This document shows positions 51,191 through 64,000 of a DNA stretch of 64,000 nt, one piece after another (position 1 is the first letter of the stretch; each line of letters starts with the position of its first letter). The stretch lies in the NCBI RefSeq assembly GCF_009914755.1, contig NC_060930.1. One strand, given 5' to 3'. The notes below the pieces were generated by a model, which did no database searches, was not told the origin of the DNA, and saw only the letters and a list, made by a program, of their open reading frames with translations. The stretch is from the human T2T-CHM13v2.0 reference genome, Homo sapiens. Made by a program: the position numbers and the translations under genes.

Positions 51191-51477
51191 ACATGACTTC
51201 AGTTATTACAGATGAGTCATAAATTTTTATCTCCAGCAAGACCTTCTCTTGTATACCGAATTATCTATTTGACATTTTCTCTTGGCTGTCTTAAAGCTAT
51301 CTCAATTGCAATGTGTTCAAATCAAACTTATGTTTGTTACTTTCAAGCAAAATTCACTGAATATCATCTATCAACCATCAAACTGGGAAGCAAAAATCCT
51401 AGAATTGTGTTGATACCTTGCTCAACTTCATCCCTTTTATCAAATCCATCACAAATTCCAATTCATTTTATGTATTT

Positions 51478-51985
51478 GTGGCCGGTGCTTCAGTCTGGTT
51501 TACTCATCTACTCTATCCCCCACAAGTATGCCCTTCCCTGTAGCTTTGAGGCTAAAAAGTTAAAGATAACATTCCCTTTTTTTTTTTTTTTTGGTAGCTA
51601 AGATTTCTCATTAGCCTTGGATTCTGTGAGGCAGATGTATTCACGTGAATTTTCCAAGGTGAATACAAACAATGAGAGGTGGCAGCCACATAGGAGGGGC
51701 TCAGATCATGCAGCAAACACTATTGTGGAGATGATGACTCTTCTGGGGCAGCTAAGGCAGTAGTTACACTGTCTGGTCCTTAGCATCATGAGGGCCTTGG
51801 AGGTTTCCAGTAGAACAGTCAGTCTTGTATTGTGTTAGACTTTTCTCTTTGTTGTGTTGCTTCTAGCTGTGGGGCATTCCATCTTGGTGCTTTGACCCTG
51901 CTAGAAATTCTATAAGGTACTTAATATCCTGATATAGTCTCATTTTTTGCTTACATTAGATTAGGTCAATGGATATATTTTTTAA
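51478..51985 (+). mobile_element. LTR41-like ERVL LTR
   Basis: TGCCCTTCCCTGTAGCTTTGAGGCTAAAAAGTTAAAGATAACATTCCC ... GACCCTGCTAGAAATTCT (recalled similarity). Confidence 0.5.
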
Positions 51986-52214
51986 AGCCAGCTAATCCAT
52001 CATTTTCTTTCCATCTCCACTACCACTATCCTATTATAAGCTTTCATTATCTATTACATGGACTCTGTCAATAGCCTCTTGGCTGGTTAAACTCTGCATC
52101 TACTGTGCCCCTTATAACTCTTATAATCCACTCTCTACTCTTCAGCCTGAATGAGCTTTTCAATATGCAGACCTCTGTCACTTAAAATAATCAATAGCTC
52201 TCCATTTTTCTTTA

Positions 52215-55200
52215 TATTTTTTATATTATATATATTTTTTAATTTTTGTGGGTACATAGTAGGTGTATATATGTATAGAGTACATGAGATATTTGATGCA
52301 GGCATATAATATGTAATAATCACATCAGGTTAAGTGGGGTACCCACCACTTCAAGCGTTTATCCTTTGTGTTTCAAGTAATCCAATTATACATTTAGTTA
52401 TTAAAAATGTACAAAAATTATTATTGATTACAGTTTCCCTGTTGTGCTGTCAAATACTAGATCTCATTCATTTTTTCTAACTATTTTTTGTATTAGTAAC
52501 CATCCTCTCTTTACTCCTACCCCCTACCCTTCCCAGCCTCTGGTAACTATCCTTTTACTCTCTAAGAGTTCAATTGCTTTAATTTTTAGCTCTAACAAAT
52601 AAGTGATAGCATGTGATATTTATCTTTCTGTGCCTGGCTTATTTCACTTAACATAATGACCTCCAGTTCCATCCATGTTATTGCAAATGACAGGATCTCA
52701 TTTTTTATGGCTGAATAGTACTCTATTATATGATATGTACCACATTTTCTTTATCCATTTGTCTGCTGATGGACACTTAGCTTGTTTCCAAATCTCGGCT
52801 ATTGTGAATATCGCTGCAATATGCATGGGAGTGCAGATATCTCTTTGATATACTGATTTCCTTTCTTTTGGGTATATACCTAGCAGTGGGATTGCTGGAT
52901 CATATGGTAGCTGTATTTTTAGCTTATGGAGGAAACTACAAACTGTTCTCCATAGTGGTTGTACTAATTTACATTTCCTCCAACAGTGCAGTAGGGTTGC
53001 CTTTTCCCTACATCCTTGTCAGCACTTGTTATTGCCTGTCTCTTGGTTAAAAGTCATTTTAACTGTTGTGAGATGATATCTTATTATAGTTTTGGGTTGG
53101 AATCAAAACTGGAATATTCTCTGCTGATCAATGATGTTGAGCACTTTTCTTATATCTGTTTGCCATTTGTATGTCTTGAAAAATGTCTGTTCAGATATTT
53201 AGCCCATTTTTGATCAGACTATTAGTTTTTTCCTATAGAGTTGTTTGGGCTCCTTATATATTTGGGTTATTAATCCCTTGTCAGAAGAATAGTTTTCAAA
53301 TATTTTCTCCCATTCTGTGGGTTGTCTCTTTACTTTGCTGATTGCTTCTTTTGCTGTGCACAGGCTTTTTAACCTGAGGTCATCTCATTTGTCCTTTTTT
53401 GTTTTGATTGCCTGTGCTTGTGGGGTATTAAGAAATCTTTGCCTAGTCCAATGTCCTGGAGCCTTTTCCCATTTTAAAAATTAGTTTCATAGTTTGAGGT
53501 CTTAGATTTAAGTCGTTAATCCATTTTGATTTTATTTCTGTATATGGTGAAAGATAGGGGTCTAGTTTCATTCTTCTGCATATGGATATCCAGTTTTCCC
53601 AGCACTACTTATTAAAAACACTGTCCTATTCCCAGTGTATGCTATTGGCATCTTTGTTGAAAATGAGTTCACTGTAGATGTGTGGACTTGTACCAGGTTC
53701 TCTATTCTGTTCCATTGGTCTATGTTTCTGTTTTTACGCCAGCACCATGCTATTTTGATTAATATGGCTCTGTAGTATAATTTGAAGTCAGGTATTGTGA
53801 TTACTCCAGTTTTGTTCTTTTTGCTCAGGAATGCTTTGTCTATTCTGGATCTCTTGTGAGTCCATATAAATTTTAGGGCTTTTCTTTTTCTATTTTGTGA
53901 ACAATGTCATTGGTAATTTTATAGGAATTGCATTGAATCTGTAGCTTGCTTTGAGTTGTATGGATATTTTAACAATATTGTTTCTTCTAATCCAAGAACA
54001 TAGAATATCTTTCCTTTTTTTGGTGTTTGCTTCAATTTCTTTTATGAATACTCACTTCTTTGGTTAAGTTAATTCCTAGGTATTTAATTTTATTTGTTGC
54101 TATTGTAAATGGGATTACATTCTTGATTTATTTTTCAGATTGTTTGCTGTTGACATATAGAAAGGCTATTGATGTTTGTATGTTGGTTTTGAATCCTTCA
54201 ACTTAATTGAATTTTAAAAATCAATTCTAATAGTTTTGTTACAGAGTCTTTAGTTTTTTCCAAATGTGCAGACCTTATCATCTGCAAACAATGATACTTT
54301 GACTTCTTCCTTTCCAATTTGGATGCCCTTTATATCTCTCTCCTCTCTGACTGCTCTAGCTAGGACTTCCAGTACTATATTGAGAAACAGTAGTGACAGT
54401 GGGCATCCTTGTCCTATTCCAGATTTTAGAGAAAAGGCTTTTATTCTTTCCCATTTGGGATGATACCAGTTTTGAGTCTGTCATATATGGCTTTTATTGT
54501 GTTGACTTATGTTCCTTCTCAGTTTTTTGAGGCTTTTTATTAATGAAGGAATGTTAAATTTTATCAAATGCTTCTCAGCATCAATTGAAATGTTCATGGT
54601 TTTTGTCCTTCATTCTGTTGATATGATGAGTCACATTAATTGATTTGTGCATGTTCAACGATCTTTGCATCTCTGCGATAAATCCCACTTGATCATGATG
54701 GAGTGATCTTTCTAATGTGTTGATTTCTGTTTCCTAGTATTTTGTTGAGGATTTTTGCATTAACATTCATCAGTGATATTGACCTGTAGCTTTCTTTTTT
54801 GATGTGTTTTTCTAGTTTTGGTATCAAGGTAATACTGGCCTCATAGAATATGTTTGGAAGTATTCCCTCTTTCTCTACTTTTCAGAATAGTTTATGTAGA
54901 ATTGGTATTAGTTTTTCTTTAAATATCTGGTAAAATTTAGCAATGAAGCCATCAGGTCTTGGGCTTTTCTGTTCTGGAAGACTTTTTATTACAGTCTCAA
55001 TCTTGTTGCTTGTTATTAATCTCTTCAGGTTTTGGATTTCTTTATGGTTAATACTGGTAGGCTGTATGTGTCTAGCACTTTATTCATTTCTTCTAGTTTT
55101 TCCAATTTATTGGCACGTAGTTGCTCATAGTAGCCTTAATAATCCTTTGAATTTCTGTGGTATCAGTTGTATTGTCTCCCTTTTCATCTCTGATTTAATT

Positions 55201-58200
55201 TATTTGAGTCTTCTCTCTTTTTTTCTTAGTCTGGCTAAGGGATTGTTGATTTTGTTTATCTTTTCAAAAAACCAGCTTGTTGTTTCTTTGATCTTTCATA
55301 TTGTTTTCTTTGTTTCCATTTCATTTATTTTCACTCTGATCTTTATTATTTCTTTTCTTCTACTGATTTTGTGTTTGGTTTGCTCTTGCTTTTCTGGTTC
55401 TTTAAGGAGCACATTTAGGTTGTTTATTTGAAGGCTTTCTACTTTTCTGATATATGTGCTTATAGGTATGAGCTTTCTCTTAGTACTGCTTTTGCCGTAT
55501 CCTAGGTTTTGGTATGTTTGGTTTCCATTGTCATTTGTTTCAAGAAATTTCTCAATTTTCTTCTTAATTTCTTAATTAACCAATAGTTTCCAGAATTCCT
55601 CTTGTTATTATTTTCTGGTTTTATTCCATTGTGGCCAGAGAGATGCTTGATATAATTTCATTTTTTTTTTGAATTTTTAAAGACTTGTTTTGTTGCTCCA
55701 CACATAGTCTATTCTTGAGAATGATCCATGTGCTGAAGAGAAGGATGTGTATTCTGCAGCCACTGGACAAAATGTTCTGGAAATATCTATTAGGTCAATT
55801 TGGCCTAGGATGCAGATTAAGTCCAATGTTCTTTGTTGATTTTCTGTCTGGATGATCTAGTCCAATGCTGAAAGTGGGGTGTTGAAGTCTTCAACTATGA
55901 TTGTATTGGGGTATATCTCTCTTTATCTCTAATAATATTTGTTTTATATATCTAGGTGCTCCAGTGTTGGGTCCAATGTATTTACAGTTGTTTTTAAGCT
56001 CTTGCTGAATTGACCCCATTATCATTATACAATGACATTTCTTTGTCTCTTTTTACAGCTTTTGTCTTGAAATCTATTTTGTCTGATATAAGTATAGTGA
56101 CTCATAATCTTTTTTGTTTTCTATTTGCATAGAAGATCTTTTTCCATACCTTTATTGTCAGTCTATGTGTCTCTTTATAAGTGATGTGTTTTCTTGTAGG
56201 CAAGAGATAGCTGATTCCTGGTTTTTTATCCATTCAGGCACTCTTTGTCTTTTGATTAGAGAGCTTAGTTCATTAGTGAAGGTGATTTTCTCTGATGATA
56301 TGTTCTAATTTCTTGGTTTTTATTTTTTTGGTATGTGTTGCATTTTTTTTTGATTTGAGGTTATCATGAGGCTTGGAAATAATATTTTAAAACCAACTAT
56401 TTTAAATTAATGACAACTTAATGCTGAATGCACAAACAAACCGACAAGCAAAAAGAATACAAACTGTGCAATTTAATTTCATCTCCCTACTTTTCAACTT
56501 TTTGCTGCTTCTGTTGATTTCTTGTACTGTCTATGACTTAAAAAGTTGTAGTTTTTATTTTTGATTGGTACATCTTTTAGTCTTTCTACTCAAGACATGA
56601 GTAGTTTATACATCACAATTACAGTGTTATAATATTCTGTATTTTTCTGTGTACTTACCATAATATTAACAGTGAGGTTTGTACCTTTAGGTAATTTATA
56701 TTTCCTCATTAATGTCTTTTTATTTCAGATTGAAAAACTTCCTTTAGCAACTCTTGCAGGACAGGTATGGTGTTGATAAAATCTCCTACCTTTTGTTTGT
56801 CTGGAAGAGTCTTTATTTCTTCTTCATGTTTGAAGGCTATTTTCACTGGGCATATTACTCTAGGACAAACACCTCTAGGTTGTTTATTTGAAGTTTTTCT
56901 ATGTTTTTGATGTAGGCACTTATCTGTAAACTTTCTGTAAACCTAGCTGTAAAGTTTCCTCTTAGTACTGCTTTTGCTGCGTCATAGGTTCTGGTATGTT
57001 TTGTTTCCATTGTCATTTGTTTCAGGAAATTTTTCAATTTTCTTCTTAATTTCTTCATTGACCCATAGTTTCCAGAATTCTTCCTGTTATTGATTTCTAG
57101 TTTTATTCCATTGTGTTCAGAGAAGATTTTTCCTTCAGCACTTGAAATATGTCATGCCTCTCTCTCCTGGACTGTAAGGTTTCCACTGAAAGTCTGCTGC
57201 CAGACATATTGGTGCTCCATTATATGCTATTTATTTCTTTTCTCTTGCCACCTTGAAGATCCTTTTTTCATCCTTGACCTTTGTGAGTTTAATTATTGGA
57301 TGTTTTGAGGTAGTCTTTTTTGGGTTACTTATGCTTGTTGTTTTATAACCTTCTTGTACCTGAATATTGATATCTATCTCTAGGTTTGTGAAGTTCTCTG
57401 TTCTTATCCCTCTCAATAAACTTTATACACCTGTCTCTCTCTCTTCCCCTTTTCATAGTCAATAACTCTTAGATTTCTCCTTTTGAGACTATTTTCTAGA
57501 TTCTGTAGGCATACTTTTTTTGGTCTTCTTTTCTTTTGTCTCCTCTGACAGTGTATTTTCAAATAGCCTATCAAGCTTACTAATTCTCACTTCTGCTTAA
57601 TCAATCCTGCTGTTAAGAGACTCTGATGCATTCTACAATATGTCAGTTGTGTTTTTCAACTCCCGAATTGCTGCTTGATTCTTTTTAATTATTTAAATCT
57701 CTTTGTTAAATTTCTCTGATAGAATTCTGAGTTATTTCTTGAATTTTGTTGAGTTTGCTCAAAACAGCTATTTTACATTCTCTGTTGGAAAGATCACCTA
57801 TGACTGTCTCTCCAAGATTGGTCCTTTATGTCTTATTTAGTTTGGTTGGTGAGGTCATGTTTTTCTGGATGATCTTGATGCTTATGTAAATTTGTTGGTG
57901 TCTGGGCATTGAAGAGTCAGGTATTTATTGTAGTCTTCACAGTCTGGGCTTGTTTGTACCCATTTTTCTTGGGAAGGCTTTCCAGGTATTTGAAGCGACT
58001 TGGGTGTTATGATCCAAGTTTTTGATCACTGTGGCAGTATCTGCATTGGGGGCACCCAAACCTAGGAACACTATGGCTCTTGCAGACTCGTAGATACCAC
58101 CGGGATGGTCTTGGATAAGATCCAAAAGAATTCTCTGGATTACCAGGCAGAAACTCTTGTTCTTTTCTTTCACTTTCTCCCAAACAAATGGAATCTCTTC

Positions 58201-59891
58201 CTCTGTGCTGAGCTGCCTGGAGCTGGGGGAGGGGTGACACAAGCACCCCTGTAGCTACCACCACTGAGACTGTGCTGGGTGTGACCTGAAACCAGCACAG
58301 CACTAGGTGGGTCTTTTCTATGGCTTGCGGTAATCACTAGCCTGGCTACCTCCTGTATTCACTCAAGGCCCTAGGGCTCAACACTCAGCAGATGGTGAAA
58401 TCAGTCAGGTTTGTGTCCTTCCTTTCAGGGCGGCAATTTTCCCTCAACTGCAGGTGAGTCCAGAGATGCCACTTGGGAGCCAGGGCCTGGAGTCAGAAGC
58501 CTTAGGAATCTACCTAATTCTCTATTCTACTGCAGCTGAGCTGGCACTGAAGCCACAAGACAATGTCCTTCCCACTCTTCCCTCCCCTTTTCACAAGCAG
58601 AGGAGTCTTTTCCCCTGGCAACCAGTGCCCAAGGCCTGCAGTGAGTACTATCTGGCTATTTTTGATGTTCAGTCAAGGCCCAGTCAACACGAGATGAGTA
58701 CTGCCAGGGCAGTGGACTCCTGTGTGGCTCAGGGCATTCCAGAAATGCCACCCAAAAACCAAGGTCTAGAACTGGGTACCCCAAGAACCCAGTTGGTGCT
58801 CTGCCCCACTGTGGCTGAGTCGGTACCTAAGCAGCAAGACAAAGTCCCCTTACTCTTCCCTTTCCTGTTCTCAAGCACAAGGAGTCTCTCCTCATAGACA
58901 ACACAGCTGGGTATGTGCTGGGGCACACCTGAAGCCAGCATGTCTCAGAGTCTCACACAAGGTTCATGGTGTGTACTACCTGGCCACTGCTGCTGATTTT
59001 TCAGGGTCTAAGAACTCTTTAGTCAGCAGGTGTTGAATCCTGTCAGGACTGGGTCCTTCCCTTCAATGCAGTGGTTTCACTTCTGGCCCAGGGTATAGCT
59101 AGAAATATCATCCATGAGCTAGGGCCTGGAATGGGGCCTCAGGATTCTGCCTGGTGTCCCATCCCTACTGTGACTGAGCTCATATCCAAGTTGCAAGACA
59201 AAGTCCTTTTTACTTTTTCCTCTCCTCTCCTCAAGTGGAAGGAAGAATTCTCTCCTGGAACTGCCAGCTGCGCTCCCTGGGGTTGGAGGAGAGGTGGCAG
59301 AAGTCCTTTGGCTATCCCAGCCATTTTCTCACTAGGTCATGTGCTCTGAGCCCAGCACAGCACCATAACTTGCCCAGGAATTGCAGTCCTTGTGGCCTAT
59401 GCTGCTTTTCAAGTTTATTTAGAACCTAAGATCACTTTAGCCTGTGGTGATGAGGCTTGGTAGAACTCAAGTTCTGACTGCTGGGATGGGTGATTTCCCT
59501 CTGGCTAGGGCTGGTCTAAATGCTCTCTCCAGGCACCAGCTGAGTTCTGCCCAGTGCTGCTTTCCAGAGTGACAGGACAGCACTAAGTTCCAATACAAAG
59601 TCCCACAATTGTTATGCTTTCCCTCCCCAAAGTGTATAGATTCTCCGTGCCATGTGGCCGCTGCCAGGGGATGGAGGAGGGGTGTTGTTGGCAATTCACG
59701 ACTGTCATTCCTACCCTGTTCAGTGCCCTTTTCAGTAATATGAAGTTAAAACTAGGTCCTGTGATGGCTCCCCTGATTTTTGGTTCCTATGAAAGTGTTT
59801 TTTTTGTGTGTGTAGATAGTTGTTAAGTTTGGTGTTCCTGCCAGAAGGAAGATCAGTGGAGGCTTTCTGGCCATCTTGCTTCACCTCCCTC
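52215..59891 (-). mobile_element. Near full-length L1MA (L1MA2/3-like), ~7.7 kb, inactive
   Basis: 3' end TTTTGTGGGTACATAGTAGGTGTATAT; decayed ORF2 and ORF1 (ENFTNLEIDINIQVQEG..IIKLTKVKDEKRIFKVAREKK); ~2-kb 5'UTR starting GGAGGTGAAGCAAGATGGCC; TSD CTCCATT(T/G)T(T/C)CTTTA at 52200-52214 and 59892-59906. Confidence 0.92.
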
Positions 59892-60504
59892 CTCCATTGT
59901 CCTTTAGATAAGACCAAAATCTTCCCTAGCCTACAAAGACTGATTGCTATTTAGCTCTTTAGTTAATCTTGTACTTCTTTTCCCTTGTACCTGCAAGTTT
60001 AGTCTCTTGCAGGTACCATGCACCTTGCCACTTTACCAAATCTGTAGAGCCTACCAGCATCAGACTGCACAGATTTAAGGTCTTACATACCAGCTCTCTT
60101 CTTCAAGGAAGACTCTTTCTTCTAACTTTCCCCAATTTACACCTTCCCGTGATTTCTAAAATCAGCACTTCCTTAAGGAAGCCCTTATTAGCCTCTGCAT
60201 CTTGGTCAATTACCTCATGTTTTTGTTGCATTATCTATCCCTTAGGGATTCCAGTTTGCAGAGTTGCAGTTTTCTGTGTAATCATTTGACTAACAACTGC
60301 CTCTCTCACTATATGGTCAACACCCTGTGAACAAGTACTTTTTGTTTTTACTCACACTATATTCCTTCCACCAAGTATTTGCTAAATAATGAATGAAGCA
60401 TTTATAATGTTCTACGTATTCTTCTAAGTGATTTATAAACATTAACTTGATTTTTCTTTACATAAATACTATGAGGGAGGTAGAATTATTTTATTCTGTA
60501 AGTC

Positions 60505-60870
60505 AAGATAATCTAAGTTACCTTGTGGTAACAGCCCCCCAAATCCAGTGATTTAAGATGACCTCAGCCAAAGTTTTTTTCTGGCTTATTCTTTGTGTAA
60601 CATACAGGTTAGCAGGTGGAAGGCATTGTTGTAGTTATTCAGAGACTCAGGTTAGATGTTTCATCTTGACACATGCTTCTGAATTGTTGCAGAAGGGAAG
60701 ACGGATGATGGAGAATCATGTCCCAGATCCTAAATGCTTCTACCTAGAAGTGACACACTTGGGAAAAGCAAGTTGCCTAGCCATGTCTAACTACAAGGGG
60801 GTAGAGGTGTACAGTCATAGCAGAGACCTATCAAAAAGAGAATCATAAATATTTGGTGATCAAACAAAAA
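60505..60870 (-). mobile_element. Old MLT1 LTR within a MIR
   Basis: GTGGTAACAGCCCCCCAAATCCAGTGATTTAA ... TAAATGCTTCTACCTAGAAGTGACACAC; MIR-like flanks 60400-60500 and 60885-61000. Confidence 0.55.
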
Positions 60871-61351
60871 ATTGGTCTACTGCATTTATTATTTTCACTT
60901 TAAAACTGAATAAATAGACATACGGAGAAGCAGCTTGCTTAAAAACAGAGGAGCCAGAGCTTGAATTTGGAAGGTTTGCCCACAAACCCCTGACTTCAGA
61001 TCTCTATGTTATTTTTCTTTATCCACACTGGTACCTAGACATTTCCATTCTAGGAAAAAATGGTTAACCATGTCTCTGTTATTGCTTTTGCTCCCAAATG
61101 AAAGGAGTCAAGTCAATTGCTGCTATATCCAGAGTTTCACGCTCTGAAGATCATAAAAATGAAGACATTTCTTTAGGAAGTTCACAGTCAGAAGCTGATA
61201 TGCCAGCAGTCTCTATTGCTCTTTGCTCTTTTGAAAGAGTCCATTTATACCCATCATTACATAATTGAACACTTTACATAAAAGATAATTTGGTCAAGTC
61301 TACATAGTCAAATTTATGTTCTAAATTTTTCCTTTCAAATCTGGATGTCTA

Positions 61352-63734
61352 TTTTTTTTTTTCCAACTTTTAGGTTCAGGGGATACATGTGCAGGTTTGT
61401 TATATGGGTAAATTGCATGTCATGGGGTTTGGGGTACAGATTATTTCATTGCTCAGGTAATAAGCATAGTAACTGATAGGTAGTTTTTCGATCCTTATTC
61501 TCTTCCCATCCTATACCCTAAAGTAGGCTCCAGTGTTTACAATTCCCTTCTTTGTGTCCATGTGTACTCAATGTTTAGCTCCCACTTATTGGTGAGAACA
61601 TGTGGTATTTGGTTTTCTGTTCATGCATTAATTTGCTTAGGATAATGGCCTCCAGCTCTATCCATGTTGCTGCAAAGGATGTAATTTCATTCCTTTTCAT
61701 GACTGCATAGTATTCCATGATGTATATGTACCACATTTTCTTTATTCAGTCCACTGATGATGTTACCTAGGTTGATTCCATGTCTTTGTTATTGTGAATA
61801 GGGCTGCAATGAACATATGCATGTATGTGCCTTTATGGTAGAATGATATATATTCCTTTGGGTATATACCCAGTAATGGGATTGCTGGGTTGAATGGTAG
61901 TTCTGTTTTAAGTTCTTTGTGAAATCTCCAGACTGTTTTCCACAGTGGCTGAACTTTACATTCCCATCAGCACCAAATCAGCATTCCCTTTTCTCTGCAA
62001 CCTCACCAGCATCTGTTATTATTTAACTTTTTAATTCTAGTCATTCTGACTGGTGTAAGATGGTATCTTACTGAGATTTTGATTTGTATGGACCTAATGA
62101 TTAGTAACATTGAGCATCTTTTTGTATGTTTGTTGGATGTGTATATGTCTTCTTTTGACAAGTATCTGTTTATGTCTTTTACCCATATTTTAATGAGATT
62201 ATTTGCTAATTTGTTTAAGTTCCTGATAGATTCTGGATATTAACCTTTGTTGGATGCATAGTTTGCAAGTATTTTCTCCCATTCTGTAAATTGTCTGTTT
62301 ACTCTGTTTCTGTTAGTTTCTGTTGCTGTATATAGTTCCTTTTGCTGCATACTCTGCTGATAGTTTCTGTTAGTTTCTTTTGCTGCATAAACTAAACTGT
62401 TTAATTTAGTTAGACCCTACTCATCAGTTTTTGTTTTTGTCACAATTGCTTTTGTAGCCTTCTTCATGAAATCTTTGCCAGGTCCTATGTCCACAATGGT
62501 ATTTCCTCAGTATTCTTCTAGGATTTTTATATTTCTAGGTTTTACATTTAAGTCTTTAATTAATCTTGAGATGATTTTTGTAAAAGGCGAAAGGAAAGGG
62601 TCCAGTATCAGTCTTCTGCATATGGCTAGCCAGTTATTCTAGCACCATTTATTGAATAGGGAGTCCTTTCCCTGTTGCTTGTTTTTGTCAACTTTTCAAA
62701 GACCAGATGGTTGTAGATTTATAGCTTTATTTCTGGGTTCTCTAACCTGTTCCATTAGTCTATGTGTCTGTTTTTGTAACATTATCATGCTGTTTTGGTC
62801 ACTGTAGCCCTGTAGCATAGTTTGAAGTTAGGTAACGTGATGCCTCCTGCTTTGTTCTTTTTGCTTAGGATTGCCTTAGCTATTCAGGCTCTTTTTTGGT
62901 TCCATATTAATTTTAGAATAGTTTTTTTTTCTAAATTCTGTGAAGAATGTCATTGATAGTTTGATAAAAATAGCATTGAATCTGTAGATTGCTTTGGGAA
63001 GTATGGTCATGTTAACAATATTGATTTTTCCTATCCATAAGTATAGAATGTTTTTCCATTTCCATTTCCATTTGTTTCTGTCATCTCTGATTTCTTGAGC
63101 AGTTTTATAATTTTCATTGTAGAGATGTTTCACCTTCTCGGTTAGCTGCATTCCTAGGTATTTTATTCTTTTTTTTTGGCTATCGTGAATGGGATTCCAT
63201 TCTTGATTTGTCTCTCAACTTGGACTTTATTAGTATATAGAAATGCTATGAATTTTTGTTTTTCATTTGTTTGATGGGTTTTTCTCTATCCCTTTACTTT
63301 GAGCCTGTGGATAACATTGCATGTGAGATGGATGTCTTAAAGACAGCATATAGTGTTACTTCTTTATCCATCTTGCCACTCTATGCCTTTTAAGTGGACA
63401 CATTTAGCCTGTTTACATTCAAGGTTAATAGTAATATGTGTGGATTTGATCCTGACATCTTGTTGTTACCTGGTTCCTATATAGATTTGATTGTGTAACT
63501 GCTTTATAGTGTCAATGGTCTATGTACTTAAATGTGTTTTTGTGGTCACTAGTAATGGTCTTTTGTTTCCATGCGTAGCACTCACTTAAAAACCTTGTAA
63601 GGTAGGTCTGGTGGTAACTAATTCTCTTAACATTTGCTTATCTGAAAAGAAATTTTATTTGTCCTTCACTTACGAAGCCTAGTTTGGCTGGTATGAAATT
63701 CTTGGTTGGAATTTCTTTTCTTTAAGAATGGTGA
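61352..63734 (-). mobile_element. L1PA15/16-like element with a ~2-kb internal ORF2 deletion; probably continues past the Alu and window end
   Basis: 3' end CCAACTTTTAGGTTCAGGGGATACATGTGCAGGTTTGTTATATGGGTAAATTG; ORF2 remnant [17 protein letters not shown]; jump to the EN/ORF1 region at ~63255. Confidence 0.9.

Positions 63735-64000
<266 letters not shown>

Larger units (their letters stand above)
50440..60398 (+). mobile_element. L2 3' portion fragmented by MLT1E, an LTR41-like LTR and L1MA insertions
   Basis: Colinear L2 pieces at ~50440-50575, 51190-51475, 52000-52214 and 59892-60398, ending AAGTATTTGCTAAATAATGAATGAA. Confidence 0.7.

Overview
This is primate genomic DNA (human or great-ape-like; AluJ, AluS, AluY, L1PA7, THE1). 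It is AT-rich, CpG-depleted and roughly half interspersed repeat. I recognise no intact protein-coding gene, RNA gene, CRISPR array or prokaryotic feature. The long ORFs in the track are decayed LINE-1 ORF1/ORF2 pieces, Alu-derived frames or chance frames. Main contents: a full-length L1PA7-like element (1664-8170, -), a near full-length old L1MA (52215-59891, -) nested in an L2, two further minus-strand L1s, one plus-strand L1M remnant, nine Alus, THE1/MLT1/LTR16/LTR41-like LTRs, an ERVL gag remnant and hAT DNA transposons. The most interesting observations are: (1) recurrent fold-back or templated-insertion scars inside repeats; (2) a 250-bp self-templated ORF2-to-ORF1 copy within the L1MA, marked by a shared deletion; (3) a probable short mRNA 3'-end retrocopy inside an MLT1 LTR; (4) a 94-bp dispersed duplication; (5) a speculative L1 antisense-promoter/ORF0-initiated spliced + strand transcript with candidate exons at 15.4, 17.8 and 39.1 kb. 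Repeat subfamily names come from my recall of consensus sequences, not from a database search. I found no convincing new biological system.
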